From Ancylonema sp. (lineage: Eukaryota): a DNA stretch of 44,626 nucleotides. Position 1 is the first letter of the stretch. The number at the start of each line of letters is the position of its first letter. The notes beneath the pieces were generated by a model. It ran no database searches and was not told where the DNA came from. It was given only the letters and a program-made list of their open reading frames with translations. Shown one piece after another: positions 10,480-22,469 of this stretch. The stretch is from the NCBI GenBank assembly GCA_050230475.1, contig JBFLGF010000004.1:124001-168626 (forward strand), written 5' to 3'. The position numbers were made by a program, and so were the translations under genes.

Positions 10480-13400
10480 CCCCAGTTCAGTATAACCGTC
10501 CATAGACTTTTGCTGTGTCTGTCCAGTAAAACTTGAGGAAGAGCTTTGGTTAGCATATGTGCTGGTTGAATTGGCGCCTGCAAGATACACATCTTTAGTC
10601 TCCCCGTGCTGTGGCATTCCCGTACCCAGTGATATACCACATTAAATGTTTTGCTTTCTGTCGTGCACAGGATTCTGGATCATGGAGAGAGCTGAGGTTG
10701 AGTGAGTGTGGATTGTGATTTGGTTTGGAAACTTGAGTTTCTTTCAAGAGAGACTTTAGATAACAGCATTTCTTTAGATACACTACAGGCAGCGATATAT
10801 TCAGCCTGAGCAGTGCTCTGTGCAACAGTGGACTGCTTCTGCGACTTCCAACTCAGTGCTGTCCCCCCAACCGTGGTTACCCATCCTGTGACTGTTTCCT
10901 GCCATACTGCAACTGTTCCATGATGCATCGCAGTCCCTTTACTTCAAAGCTGTCTTTTCCCACAAAAGTCAGTCCGTGGTTCACAGTCCCTTTAAGGTAT
11001 CTAAATAGTTGATGTAATGCCCTTATGTGTGCGACCCCAGGATTTCCCATGTGTTTAGCCAGTACCACCCCAAGTGCATACCCGATGTCCAGTCTGGTTT
11101 GTTTCATGGCGTATATGAGTGATCCCACTTTTCCTCGAAAGTCTCTTATTTCTTCAGGGGTAGGGGGAAGAGTTGGTTCATCGTTTTTCGTAAACTGAGT
11201 TCCAGGGGCTAGAGGGAGTTTGGTTGGATTACACTCATGCATCCCATAACGTTCGAGCACTCCCCTTAAGAAACCTGACTGTCCCTGTGAGCAGTTTTCT
11301 CTGTCTATCCCTCTTCACTTCCACCCCCAGGATATGGGTTAGGGGGACCCAGATCCTTGACTTTGAACTTTTTACCCATCCATGTCTGTCTTCTTAAACT
11401 TTCTTTAAAAGTTTTGACCACCGTTGCGTTAGGACCTGTGATCACCTGATCATCTACATGTATGCCCAGTATGATCTGTTGTCTCCTTCCCCCCTCATAT
11501 TCATATATATACATGTGTCCATTACGCATTGTGTAAACCCTTCAGATATCATAAACTTTCTGAACATTTCTTGCCACACGTGGCTATTCTGTTTTAGTCA
11601 GTACAAAGCACCGTTCAGTCGTAAGACCTTTCCCTCAGCACCCCCTTTTATATACATACGCGGTGGTATTTTCATATAAACCTCTTCTTCCAGACGTCCA
11701 TGTAGGAACGCTGTGATAACGTCCATCTGTTCCAGTTCCCAGTCATATTGGTTTGGTATAGAGAGGAGTAGGGTGATAGATGTACTGTCGATTACTGGTG
11801 CAAATACTTCGTTATAGTCAATACCCTCTTGCTGTAAGAATAAGAATCCCTGTGCGACCAGTCTGACAGTCTGACTTTATATCTTTCAATATCCCCTTGA
11901 GGTGTTGTTTTGACCTTATTTTGACTTTAAAAACATAACGACACCCTACAGCCTACACACACCTCATCTCAAAGGTGTTGAACGTCTCCAGGGCAGAGCT
12001 CTTCCACGATGGCTCTGTCCCACTGGTCCCAGTCTGGCCTCATCATGGCATGGTTGAGGGTGAGTGGCTCGGAGGAGTTGCTGTGCTACGCAGGCGTAGC
12101 CAGGATCCACCAGGACCGTTGAAGCCAGTGTAGAAGCTGGGCTCCCACTCAGTCGCTGAGTAGTTGGCATGGGCCGCGTCATCGAACTCCTCCATCACAT
12201 CACGATCCCCATATTTTCGGCAAAGTTGGCTCGTCGTCTGGCCATCACCCTATCAGCTATGCTGCCTGGCTCCCCCACTCTTGGGTTCGCACCCCCTCCT
12301 TGCACCTCCTCCTCCCCTGCATCTCCACCTCCTGCGTTGTTGATCCCTGACTGGCTGTCGGAAGCTCAATCGTGAATGTTGGGGACCTCAGCAGCTTGTG
12401 GCTAGAAGTTGTCGTGCGGATAGTCGTTGGCAGCTGCTCGCTCAGGGACTGCTGGTTGTGCTGGTGCTGGGATTGGCTGCAGAACTGCTGGCATCAGCTG
12501 CAAAACTGCTGGCATGATGGGGTGGACTTTTGCTGCTGGCATGTTGGGGTGGACTGCTGCTGGTGGCACAACTGCTGCTGGAGGTTCATCTTCGGTGTCG
12601 GGGAACAGATAGAAAAAGTGATTTTCTGCTGCCGCCTAAACCTGGGGAGCTCTCCCCCCCATGAGCTTCGGGTACCCCGGCACCTCCTCGAAGAACCGCA
12701 CGTCCATGCGTGATATCACCCCCACCCTATGGGGGTCGAATACGTTGTAGCCTGCACTCCCCGCAGCCATCCCCAAAAATACACCAAAACAAGTGCGAGG
12801 GGCAAAGTTGTCCCCTTGCCTGTTCTTTTCTGCCCCAACTTTCAAGTATTGCACCAGACACCCAAAATCATGACTCTTGTTCATTTTCATGTTCTTTCCC
12901 TCCCAGACTTCAATTGGGATTCTGCCAGCGAGCGACTTAGTGGGAGTTCTGTTCCTTAACCACTTTGCATGCAACAATGCAACATCCCAATACGACTTCG
13001 GTAGACCTGACCAGATCAATATGCATCGCATTTTTTCTGTCAAGGTTCTGTTCAGTCTTTCACAAATTCCATTTTGTTCAGGACTGTATGCTTCTGTGGT
13101 TTGCTTGTCAATACCCTTCCCCCTACAGTAGTTCATCCAGTCTTGAGACACATACTCCCCACCCTTGTCTGTCCGTATAGACTGTAGTGGCAACCCTAAC
13201 TGTACCTCGAGCAACTGTATAGTGACCTTTGCTCGGTTCAGTGCTTCATCCTTAGTTTTCAGTAAATTGACAAATGACAGATGTGTGGACACCTCAATCC
13301 CTGTCTGAGCATAAGTGAAACCTCCATTAGCAGACCTAACAGACAGAGGTCCAATCAGATCCAAGTGAATGCGACCCATCTTGGGGCATGTCCCCAGATC

Positions 13401-15245
13401 CTCGCTGGCCTTAGCGTGACTCAACTTACTCATTTTCCCCTGACAGCAAACCTGACATCCCCTGACTTCAGTTAATTCATCTGGACTTAACTGTGGGATG
13501 TCACCACGTCTGACAAAATTTGACATCACATCACAACCGGGGTGACCCAGTTTGTGATGCCAGATCATGCCTGTGGATAAATTTGCTTTAGTATCATGAG
13601 ATCCAGGCATGACGATGGTAGCAGCAAGCAAAGTCAGACCACTAGGCTGCTGCAGTACATCAGCCCACTTCGCATTCCCCTTGTTTAATTCAGGACCCGT
13701 GGGCAGCTGTAAGAAGCTCAGCCCACCTCTTTTGACGAGGCAAGATGTCGACACGAGGGTGCAGGCAAAGGTAGGGACGTGGATCGAGTTGAGTGGCTGC
13801 ACAAAAAATGTGTCGCCATTCCTCACTCGGATGTGCACGAACCCAGTGCCTGCTACCTTGTGTGACGAGCCGTCAGCAGTGGTGATGAAGGCCCTCTGCG
13901 TGCTCAGGGTTGGAGTGTACTCCACGAAGTGTTCACGTTCAGTGAAAATGTGGTTTGTAGCACCTGAGTCTAGGATCAGGGAGTCTGTGTGAGAACCAGC
14001 AGACAATGCTCGAGCAACATCGAATGAGAAAGCACCAAAAGCCAAATAATCCACATTAGCGTCAAAGGGTTTGTCAGCAAAGCCGAGCAAGTCTTGCTTG
14101 TGCGTCAGCCTTTCGAGCAGCTTCTCTGGGTTCTCATTAAAGCCATGTCATATGTGCGTTTTCTACATTGTTCAAAATTGTATGCCCTACATTGTTGCAA
14201 TATCTGTCTGCACTTCTGTCTCCCCCCTGCCTGAACTTCCCTGAGTCGCGTGCGCAACCAAAACATTTCCAACTGCTGGCGATGATGTCGCAGGGCACTG
14301 AGCAGCTCTGTGGCCTGCTTGGTGACACCTGTGGCATTTCCACGCTCCGGCATGGCCTCCGCCAATAGCTGGTGAAGGGCAGTTCGCCCTGATGTGGCCA
14401 AATTTGTGGCAGCCGAAGCACTCGACGCCTGCAGCGTCTCTGTGAGCGACCAGCTCCAGTTCCACCACCAGGTCTGCTGCTGCCTCCAGCTCCGCTACCT
14501 CCTCCAAGTCCACCATAATGAGCTTGGTGACCTCCTGGCAGCGCCCCCCTCTTACGTTCATTCAGTTCCTTTCTGACGTCGTCGCGCAGCAGCGCACTCA
14601 CGATGTGGGGAATCGTAAACAGATGTGGAGATGATTCCGACCACGGCATCAGCGTCGAGACCATGGCTGTAATGGGTGTTTAGGGAGTTGAGCAGGTTGA
14701 TCGCCTGCTTCGTAGGAGTTAGGCGCCCCCAGATTCTTCAAATCCTGGTGTAGCTGCTGCAGCCGCTTGACATATACGTTGAGGTCCTCTGCCTCAGTCT
14801 GTATGATTGCGCTCAGCAACGCCTCGGTGTTCGCGATCTCAATCGCTCCCTGCACCTGGTAGAATGTCCTCAGGGCGTCCCACATTCCGGCAGCTGTCGT
14901 GCAGTCCGTTACGTGCGTTAGCTCCGAAGGACCCAAATGTTTGACTATGTAGGACATGGCAGCCAGATTGTCCTCATCCCATTTCTCGAGCTGCATCAGC
15001 TGCTGGGAAATCTGCTGATCCCTAACCAATCTTTCGACATCAACGTCGATCCCCCTGGCGGCAAATTGCAGCTCGTTGTCTGGTGTCAATGGAAGTATTA
15101 CGTCTGGGCGACACCTCCGCGGCATGCTGTCCCAATCCATCACCAAACGATGCAGCTTTTCGTCCGCCAGCCCATATTTGACCTTGAAGGCCCATCCTGT
15201 GTAATCTGCTCCAGTGAACTGTGGGATTTGCGACCTATCCGACAT
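10480..15245 (-). pseudogene. Copia-1 gag-pol, frameshifted
   Basis: gag (FTGADYTGWAFKVK..TTAAGMWDAL); two CCHC knuckles (CFGCHKFGHIRANC, CHRCHQAGHRAAQC); PR LILDSGATNH; WHHKLGHP..CQVC; integrase IHLDLIGP/IRTDKGGEY/EQNGICERLNRTL; RT QMDVITAFLHG/IHVDD; RNase H SWKSQKQSTVAQSTAQAEYIAA..MLTKAL. Confidence 0.92.
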
Positions 15246-15490
15246 TGTGGCAGCAATTGTGTAGGATTAATTCGAAATTTCTCACTCAGCTCGAGCTCTG
15301 AGTGCAATTCCTGCACTGCAGCACTCAGCTCGAATTCTTGCAGCGCAATGTGAAAATTACGTGCAGCCCTTAACAACTACGAATATATTTGCGCTCACTG
15401 GCAGAATATACCGTTCTCAGAGATAATTGCAGCGAAATCGCGTGGACCTTTGTAGTTTTTAACCAGCACGGCGTCTGAACTAGACCGCAC

Positions 15491-15505
15491 GTGGGCCCAT
15501 AACCC
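15491..15505 (-). promoter_or_regulatory. Primer-binding site complementary to the anticodon arm of initiator tRNA-Met (half-tRNA priming)
   Basis: Minus strand GGGTTATGGGCCCAC lies immediately after the LTR end (..TAGCA). Plus strand GTGGGCCCATAACCC equals the plant tRNA-iMet anticodon arm as recalled. Confidence 0.88.
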
Positions 15506-16000
15506 TGCTATAAGCTTTTGAGTGATTGATTAGACAGACGCGCAGGATAATTTGGTGGGCGACAAAACGAACGAACCGTACGCAAAAGGATCTCTATCTC
15601 TATCACTGATGATCAACGAGACAGGAGTTGCGTGTGTGGAACGAATTATTATATTATTGTATTGTGATTGATTTCATCGGGGATGGTAATACCCAATGCG
15701 CTTTACAGATTGTTGCGTGCCGACGGTCGGCACAATTGAACGTCGGCCTATCATTGACTGACAGCTCTTCTACATGTCAACGGCACATGCCCATTTTTCT
15801 ATTTTTGTCACGACTAAACAAGCCAATCACGACACGTCAAACAAATAACGTCTCTAAGCGTCGGCAACATGTCAGGTGCCCGGACACAAACTTGCCCGGC
15901 CCCGCATATAAGCACATCTAGGAATATTGCTCCCGGTAGTAACCGGTTACAACTGCTGGACTAGCAAGCATAACATATGGCTATCCAAAATATTCCAACA
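15506..16000 (-). repeat. Copia-1 5' LTR (495 bp)
   Basis: Minus strand TGTTGG...TAGCA termini, followed by the PBS. Homologous to 9318-9768. Confidence 0.9.
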
Positions 16001-16008
16001 CTTACAAG

Positions 16009-16110
16009 CATAGTTGTACGGATCGGCGGACCTGAGTTCCAAGGTTCCGGTTCCGGACTAGGGTCCGTCATTTTGGGCCAAAATATTGGACCGGCGGTAG
16101 TAGGATACCG
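16009..16110. mobile_element. Left end of a CATAGTTG-TIR hAT element
   Basis: CATAGTTGTACGGATC...GGCCAAAATATTGGACCGGCGGTAGTAGGATAC is colinear with the first ~100 bp of the MITE at 27589-27949. No right end with a matching TSD found. Confidence 0.55.
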
Positions 16111-16447
16111 TAGCAACCACAGATAATACGCCAGCAAATCCGAAAAATAATCATTAGAAGTAGGCGCCAAACGCACCATCCAAATGATGATTGATTAGTA
16201 CGCGCCAGAAGTGCGCGCCGACTAAAAAACAATTTATAAAAATGATCCAAAAAATAATTGCGCCAAGTTTTCCTAAGATATGATACAGTTAAACTTGCCA
16301 CCCTATAAAGAGGCGGTACGGAGCGGGGAAAATTGACAAACAAAAAAAAACCTGGAGTATTCCAAAAATCAAGAAAACAAAAAAATAAACCTCTCGATTA
16401 ATAAACACTTCATGAGAACGTTCCCCCCCCCCCCCGCTGTTTTTCAT

Positions 16448-16705
16448 TATAGTTGGGCACGCACAACTAAAATTGCGCGCATGTTCGGAACATGTGCGCA
16501 AAATCCCGCGCACATGTGCACGCCCAAGTAGGAAAATATACTTAAAAAGATGAAAGACTTGAAATACTTACTATGAGCGGCGGGTTTTAACTTGTCAAAA
16601 TTTCAAATTTGGCCAGGTGGTGCGCGATGCACACATGTTCGAACATGTGGGCACCTGTTCGAATGTGTGCGCCAAACCCGCGCACAAGTGCGCGCCCACA
16701 CTATA
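16448..16705. mobile_element. Putative hAT-like MITE (~258 bp)
   Basis: Imperfect TIR TATAGTTGGGCACGCAC / GTGCGCGCCCACACTATA. Flanks TTTTTCAT / TTTTTCGC (6/8). Internal ACATGT/GCGC subterminal repeats. Confidence 0.5.
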
Positions 16706-17845
16706 TTTTTCGCCAATAATTCCCTGCGTTGATGTTAAATATTCCCGGCGGGCCGAAAAAGGTAATGACTAGCGTTGTGAAATTACGGTATTTTGGGTTC
16801 AACTGCAGTAATTGAGGTACTTTTACTCGTATCGTAAGATAACGCTTTTTTTTTTCCCAACAGGCAAAACGTAAAGCGTAAGACATGGGTAAATTACACT
16901 TACCGGTAATGTAGATCGAACCCATGGTAAATGGTAATTACGGGTACGATATTTAAGAACAAATTTACCGTAACTGACAATTGCGAGGATAACATCGACC
17001 TTAATTGGCAAATGACGTTTCGCCAGCCGTCATATTCGATGAAGTTCGAGTCCATTCAAGCCATTCAATGTGCAATGGTATCCATGGTGACTGACAACTG
17101 ACATCGTTATCAAAACCCACCTCCCCCCCCCCCCCCCCCCCTTTTTTTTTTCTTCTAATACGTATGTATTTTTTTTGGGTTTTTCACATTGAAACCCAAA
17201 AAAATGTTGAAATGTTTGAAACATTTTCAACATTTCAAAAATAATATAAGGAGGCAGAAGGATGGTAGGATGCTACAATGTCAAGTATCTATTATGTGGG
17301 GAACATGGATCAATAACTTGAGGTATGTGTAGATGAGGCAAAGGCATGAGTAGTCAAAAGTAGTAAATTGCCGAATCATTGTACATGTGATATGTGATAT
17401 GTGTATATAAAACTTTTCTCACGAAGGTGTTTGACAATTGTGGTGAATGATAGGGTGCATTGATTAGCTGAAACTTTCAACTTGAAAGATAAACATTGTT
17501 CACTTTCAAGATTCAACAATCGTTTTTTAACATTGCAACCTCTCTTATTTCCATGTGAGCTATGATGAAAATGAGTACATGAGAAAATGACAAATGTATT
17601 AAATGTATTATTTTGCGAATAATGGTGTTGGGGGAGTGGGAGCAAAAATTACTTGGTCAAATGTTATGAAAGAAAACGAGTTAGCAATTGTTTTGCAAAT
17701 CATTTTTACGAGATTTTTGATAGATGCACAATGAAAAACTACACGAGAAAAAAATAATTACGATGATTTTTGGATTGGGGAAAGAGAAAAAAATCCTATA
17801 AAAACCGATTTTACCCGAGGTTTTGGGCCTCGAAGAACGGTCGCA

Positions 17846-18153
17846 GGTCCGAGATACGGACCTTCGAACTTGTTTCCAGAGGTTTGGGTAACTCCGGCGA
17901 GGACCCCGGACGTGTCCGGAGTTTGTCCGGCCTTAGATGTCCGGAACTCGTACAGCCCCGGACGTCTCCCGGACACGTCCGGAGATCCCCGGACAAGTCC
18001 GGGGCGCAAAAGACTGCAAAAAAAAAAAAGACTTTTCATCTGGGGGTTACACAAATCTGGAGGTTCCAAAGATGTGGATATCAGATTTTGGCTGTGGCGT
18101 CTGGGCCCTGACGCGTCCCGGACGTCTTGAGAGGGGTCTCCGAAGCAACTATA
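17846..18153. repeat. CCGGAC/GTCCGG subterminal repeat block, probable right end of a DNA transposon
   Basis: Many CCGGAC/GTCCGG motifs ending in GAAGCAACTATA, similar to the GCAACTATG terminus family. Confidence 0.4.
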
Positions 18154-18929
18154 GTTTCCGCTGGTGAGCCACTAATTAACCCACCGATGCACCCACTAAC
18201 TTACCCAAATACCTAAATTGTATTTGTTATAAAGTGCTCTGCATCACATAATGACCCTTTCTTTACGAAACATAACTCGTTTGATATGACCTGATCCAAT
18301 TTTGTGGTCATTATTTGAGGGTGATTGTGTAGGCAGTACGGTATGTCCCTTTTAAGCAACTATGCACAAAACACACATGTGTTGGAGCACTATTGCACAC
18401 TAATCGCATACACATGTACTCACCGCATTTAGGGCTCGAATTGTGGCAGACAATACGGGTTCGGGACATGTCCATAGACCCCCAGACGATGGGAGACATA
18501 ACTATGGTTGGCACGGCCAAGTTGGCCGTCCCAGATTCAGATTGGGAACCAGGATTAAAGTTGGCACTCGTGACATTGACCATTCTTAAGTGCGTAAATC
18601 AGTCCGTTACCATAATATGTTTGCGGCAGGAAAGGAGATGTGAGCAACCTCAACAACAAAAGTGTCATTGCATAAAAAGTTAAGAAATAGGTACAATATC
18701 GCAAGAACGATATTGATAAACGTGACAATGATCTATATGGAAAATTTAAAGAAGTGATATAAAAACGAGACTCTCACAAAAAGGCTGCGATCACAAACTT
18801 TTTGCAATAATCAAGTGTCGGTGACTCCAGTGGCATGATTCAATTTCTTCCGATACAGATCTGCAGATTCGAGAATCCAGCCTGCAGCCTGCAGCCTTCC
18901 CAAATCTGAACACATGGACCTGCCTTCAT

Positions 18930-20242
18930 CTAATAATCCTGGCTGCCATACTTGTCTTCGTAGATAGCCACAGCCTGCAGCAAACAATAGACGAGTTGAG
19001 TTCTCGAATTATTTGACTTGATTGCCACATTTAAACATACAGAGTACCATGCACATCAATCTTGTAATGACTACTTAAACACCAAGGCACTCCCGCCACT
19101 GAGAATATACGACCCACCTGCTCTGACGCCTGTTTCTTGGCTTTGTGTGCATCCAAGTAGTCCAGACCCTTGGTCTCAATAAGCTGCATACAGTGGAGGG
19201 ATGAGCACAAACATGAGAGGGCACAAAGTGACTCAAACAGCTAAGGACGTGCCTCACCACAAAGCCAGAAGGACAAATAAATGCAAATATCTCCCACTAC
19301 TTCCTAACAGCGGTCAGAGCAGATGAAAATCGGACGGGACGAGGCATAATGTTGTTAAATATGTTCGTATTGTTACCTTGTCTGCTTCAGCAGCTGCGAA
19401 TCCGACGAGCAACTCCTTCAACAAAGCGTAGCTCTGTGGTTTCCCGTTGGTAGCCTGGTGCTGTTCATATGCCTGCAACGATAATCAGGTTCCTTAGAGA
19501 GAGAATTCAAAATCTTTCATTTGATATCAGCAGTAACAAACAGTACCCGGAATGGAAAAGTACCCGATGCACTACTGATTTGTCGAATGATGATGATGCG
19601 CAGACCTGATAACCTGATGACCAGTCGAATGTACTCATGATGTCGTGACGCTAACAACCAGAGGAACCCTTCAATCTCCTCACAAATACCATCATGGCCT
19701 ACAAAACTTAGAGAGGTCAACAGATGCGACAAGGAATAGACGGATCATTTGTCTCAAAGAACAGTCCCCGGAACCTACCCGGAACGCCTCGAATCCAGCA
19801 GCCCCAGCGACCAGTTCATGGGTCAGCGATCCATCGTGTTTGCCTACCGACATTAAGAATGAGGGGAGCTTTAACGCAGGTTGAGGAATGTAGAATAGAA
19901 CCGGGAACTCAAAAGGTGCACGCATAGCATTTACAATCCTCCAAGATCGACGAAGAATATCGCATTCGTCACTGTGACTCATCACAAAATGGTAATGACA
20001 TGACATCTTCAACAACGTGTCATCAGCAGGGAAGGAATGAGAGCTGATTGCAGACACATGTGAACCGAACGACGTTCGTCCATTCTGTCTCGTTGAGTCC
20101 GTCAGACAACATGATCGTATCGGACGATCCGAGGGTCATCCGAGGGTGGAGGACACTGGGCGAATGAGTTTGAAATTGGAAGCTTACCGGAATTGACCTG
20201 CTCATGTACGTCGGAAGCTTCGTCGTGAGAGAACCACCCCAT
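18930..20242 (-). CDS. CipC-like / DUF3759 protein, 5 exons, 108 aa
   Basis: GT-AG exons 20242-20188, 19843-19779, 19472-19377, 19183-19118, 18974-18930 (327 nt, phases consistent) give MGWFSHDEASDVHEQVNSGKHDGSLTHELVAGAAGFEAFRAYEQHQATNGKPQSYALLKELLVGFAAAEADKLIETKGLDYLDAHKAKKQASEQAVAIYEDKYGSQDY. This carries the family motifs MGWF, HELxAGAAxFEA, NGKP, KELLxGFA and ETKGLD. Confidence 0.92.
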
Positions 20243-20996
20243 GATGATCCGAGAGAATTAATATGCCGAATGGTACCAAGATAACAGATTTTGGACAACG
20301 CGCAATGTGTCTGGGCTATGCGCAAATGCTTCCTTGAAGACTGCTGGTCAGCGATCGATACTGAGCGTCTCCTCGGGTAGATTCCAGAAGTGCTGACAAT
20401 GGGAACACCAATCAGGCATTGCTAATCACCGTGCAAGGAAGGTGACGTGGCTAGAATGCAAACCTCCAGAAAATCTCGATAAACTAGAATCCATCTGAAC
20501 CGATCAAACGTCTATCTCCCGGTAGCACGTCCGCTGACTGAGTCATCCTGCACGTGAAAATAAGATTTGGCCACCTTGACTCATCGAAATGCTCCATTCA
20601 CATAATCAAGTCCTTTATGAGCAGACCGGATCTCACAATCGCGGCATCCGCTAATCACAATCGCTATCATGACAAGTGCCACCACAGGTGTAACTGCACA
20701 TAACACCTGTAACTGAGTGGCACTTCCACTGCGTAAAACCGGTAATATCCACCAATCAACTGATTCCACTGATCCACATTTGCAAATCCGAGATTCCGAC
20801 CCAACTTCTGCTTCGCATGTGCGACTGCAGGAATTCTGGCCGTTCGGGAACGATTTCCAGCCGCATGGAAATGGCAATCCGGTTACAGCGTCAACGCCAG
20901 GAGTAGGCACCCGCCGTCCAGCCGCCGACCGCCATCGCCAATTGCCATCCGCCAGCCGCCGGTGGCCCCATCGCCATTAGTCCAGACCTCCTTCAC

Positions 20997-21401
20997 ACCG
21001 CGCAAGCGCCGCCCAACCGGCCTAACCGCCCAACTGCCCTAACCGGAAATTGGAGGCTGGTTGCAGGTCGTGCGGTTGGACTGCGGTTGGGATTTTTCGA
21101 TGGCGGTTGGGCGTAGTGTTTTATTTTTTTTCCTGAACAGAAGGAAGGATTTTTTTTCGTGCGGTTCTTGTTTTTTTTTTCCTCCAACCGCCGTCCAACC
21201 GGTCCAACCGCCGTCCAACCATTCCAACCGTTGTCCAACCGTGACGGTCGGGCGGCTGGGTGGCAGCTTGGGGTTGGATGGCGGTTGGACGGTTGGGTGG
21301 CGGATGGAGCGGTTGACGGCGGTTGGAGGCCGGTGGCCGTTGGCCCACCGCCATCCGTTGGGATTCTGGCGGTTGGGGCCCACCCTGGCGAGAAAGCGGT
21401 T
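20997..21401. repeat. CCAACCG/CGGTTGG-rich MITE-like repeat upstream of the CipC-like gene
   Basis: Dense CCAACCG motifs in both orientations around a T-rich core. Same motif as 7068-7180 and 9007-9193. Ends not resolved. Confidence 0.45.
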
Positions 21402-21914
21402 GAGAAACGGTACGGTCTCGGTACGGGATTGCGTACGTACATTTGGTGTGATTACGTATTGACCTTATCCGTCTACTAACTTAGGAGTAAGGATATAAAG
21501 AAGGACATGAATCCGCGAAAAAAACCATCAAATTTCCGAAACTGAAAAAAACACGGAAGCAACGAGTTCGTGCTGGAAATCAGAAGTCAATGGTGTAGCC
21601 TTGGTGGACATGGGGTATGATGGTGAAATTGGGGACGGTACGCATCCCAATGTGCCTTCCAATCTTGCATTGTACGCATTTTTATTTATCTACAACTTCG
21701 ACTAGGTGAATCACCTGGACGTAACTCCGGGGGCGTCATTGCGATTGTTTGGGCGTCATTGTGACCATAGTTGCATGGACTATGGACTATTTGGAACTCA
21801 TGTAAAATAACGGTCGAAAGATGGCTTACAAGATTTTAGGGGATATCGTAATCACAAATTACACCGAACCAAGGCTTTCACGTGACTCTTTTTGGAATAA
21901 ACGTACATACATAT

Positions 21915-22327
21915 TGTGAGTGCTTTCTTCTGCCATCGATGCAAGAATAAAGCACAACTCTCTCAGACAACTCTTGAATCGACAGATCACGTCATTACAA
22001 ACGTTGACACAACAAAAATGCAAGTTTGAAGTAGAAAGTATTGATTAAGGAATTCAGCATGCAAGCTCAGACCTAGTACAGTCGATTGTTGCCTGGTGAG
22101 AGAATCTACTGGTATCGAAACTACTTCGTCAATTGCCAATCATATCTAAGCATTCTGCCACATCAACTAGTTCTTATCGACACTTGTGCCAGATGGCCCA
22201 GTAATCATTAAAACAAGGACGTCGGCCTGCAGCCGGCCTGCAGCCTGCCAGCAGCCTGCATTTGCTGAATAACGACAAAACTAAAGCTAAATTCCCGGAT
22301 TGCTAAAACGATATAACGAAACTAACA
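21915..22327 (-). repeat. Copia-2 3' LTR
   Basis: Highly similar to 26870-27319 apart from three short gaps. Preceded on the minus strand by purine-rich GGGGAAGAACACAACAAGGAAAA (polypurine tract, PPT, region). Confidence 0.9.
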
Positions 22328-22469
22328 TTTTCCTTGTTGTGTTCTTCCCCCCTCCCTGGGTACTTTTGTATTCCCCCTCCAAAATCGATAACCAAAAACG
22401 ATATCGATTTTACAAACACAAGTCGACATTTATTTTTCATACACAAACCCCACCAGATCACAATTTTTC

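Larger units (their letters stand above)
9318..16000 (-). mobile_element. Ty1/copia LTR retrotransposon, decayed (Copia-1)
   Basis: Direct repeats at 9318-9768 and 15506-16000. Internal domain order gag-PR-INT-RT-RH on the minus strand. PBS abuts the 5' LTR. No matching TSD seen and the 3' junction is disturbed. Confidence 0.9.

Noticed and set aside
15491..15505. tRNA-Met gene
   Set aside because: Only the anticodon arm matches and no cloverleaf forms; its position identifies it as a PBS.
18311..18683. ORFs downstream of the CipC-like gene
   Set aside because: No recognisable homology; the CipC-like gene already terminates at 18930.
4690..21400. CRISPR-like or regulatory arrays in the short-repeat clusters (TACCCGGAA, GCAAACG, CCAACCG, CCGGAC)
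   Set aside because: Irregular spacing, both orientations, located next to TIRs in a eukaryotic context; they fit transposon subterminal repeats.
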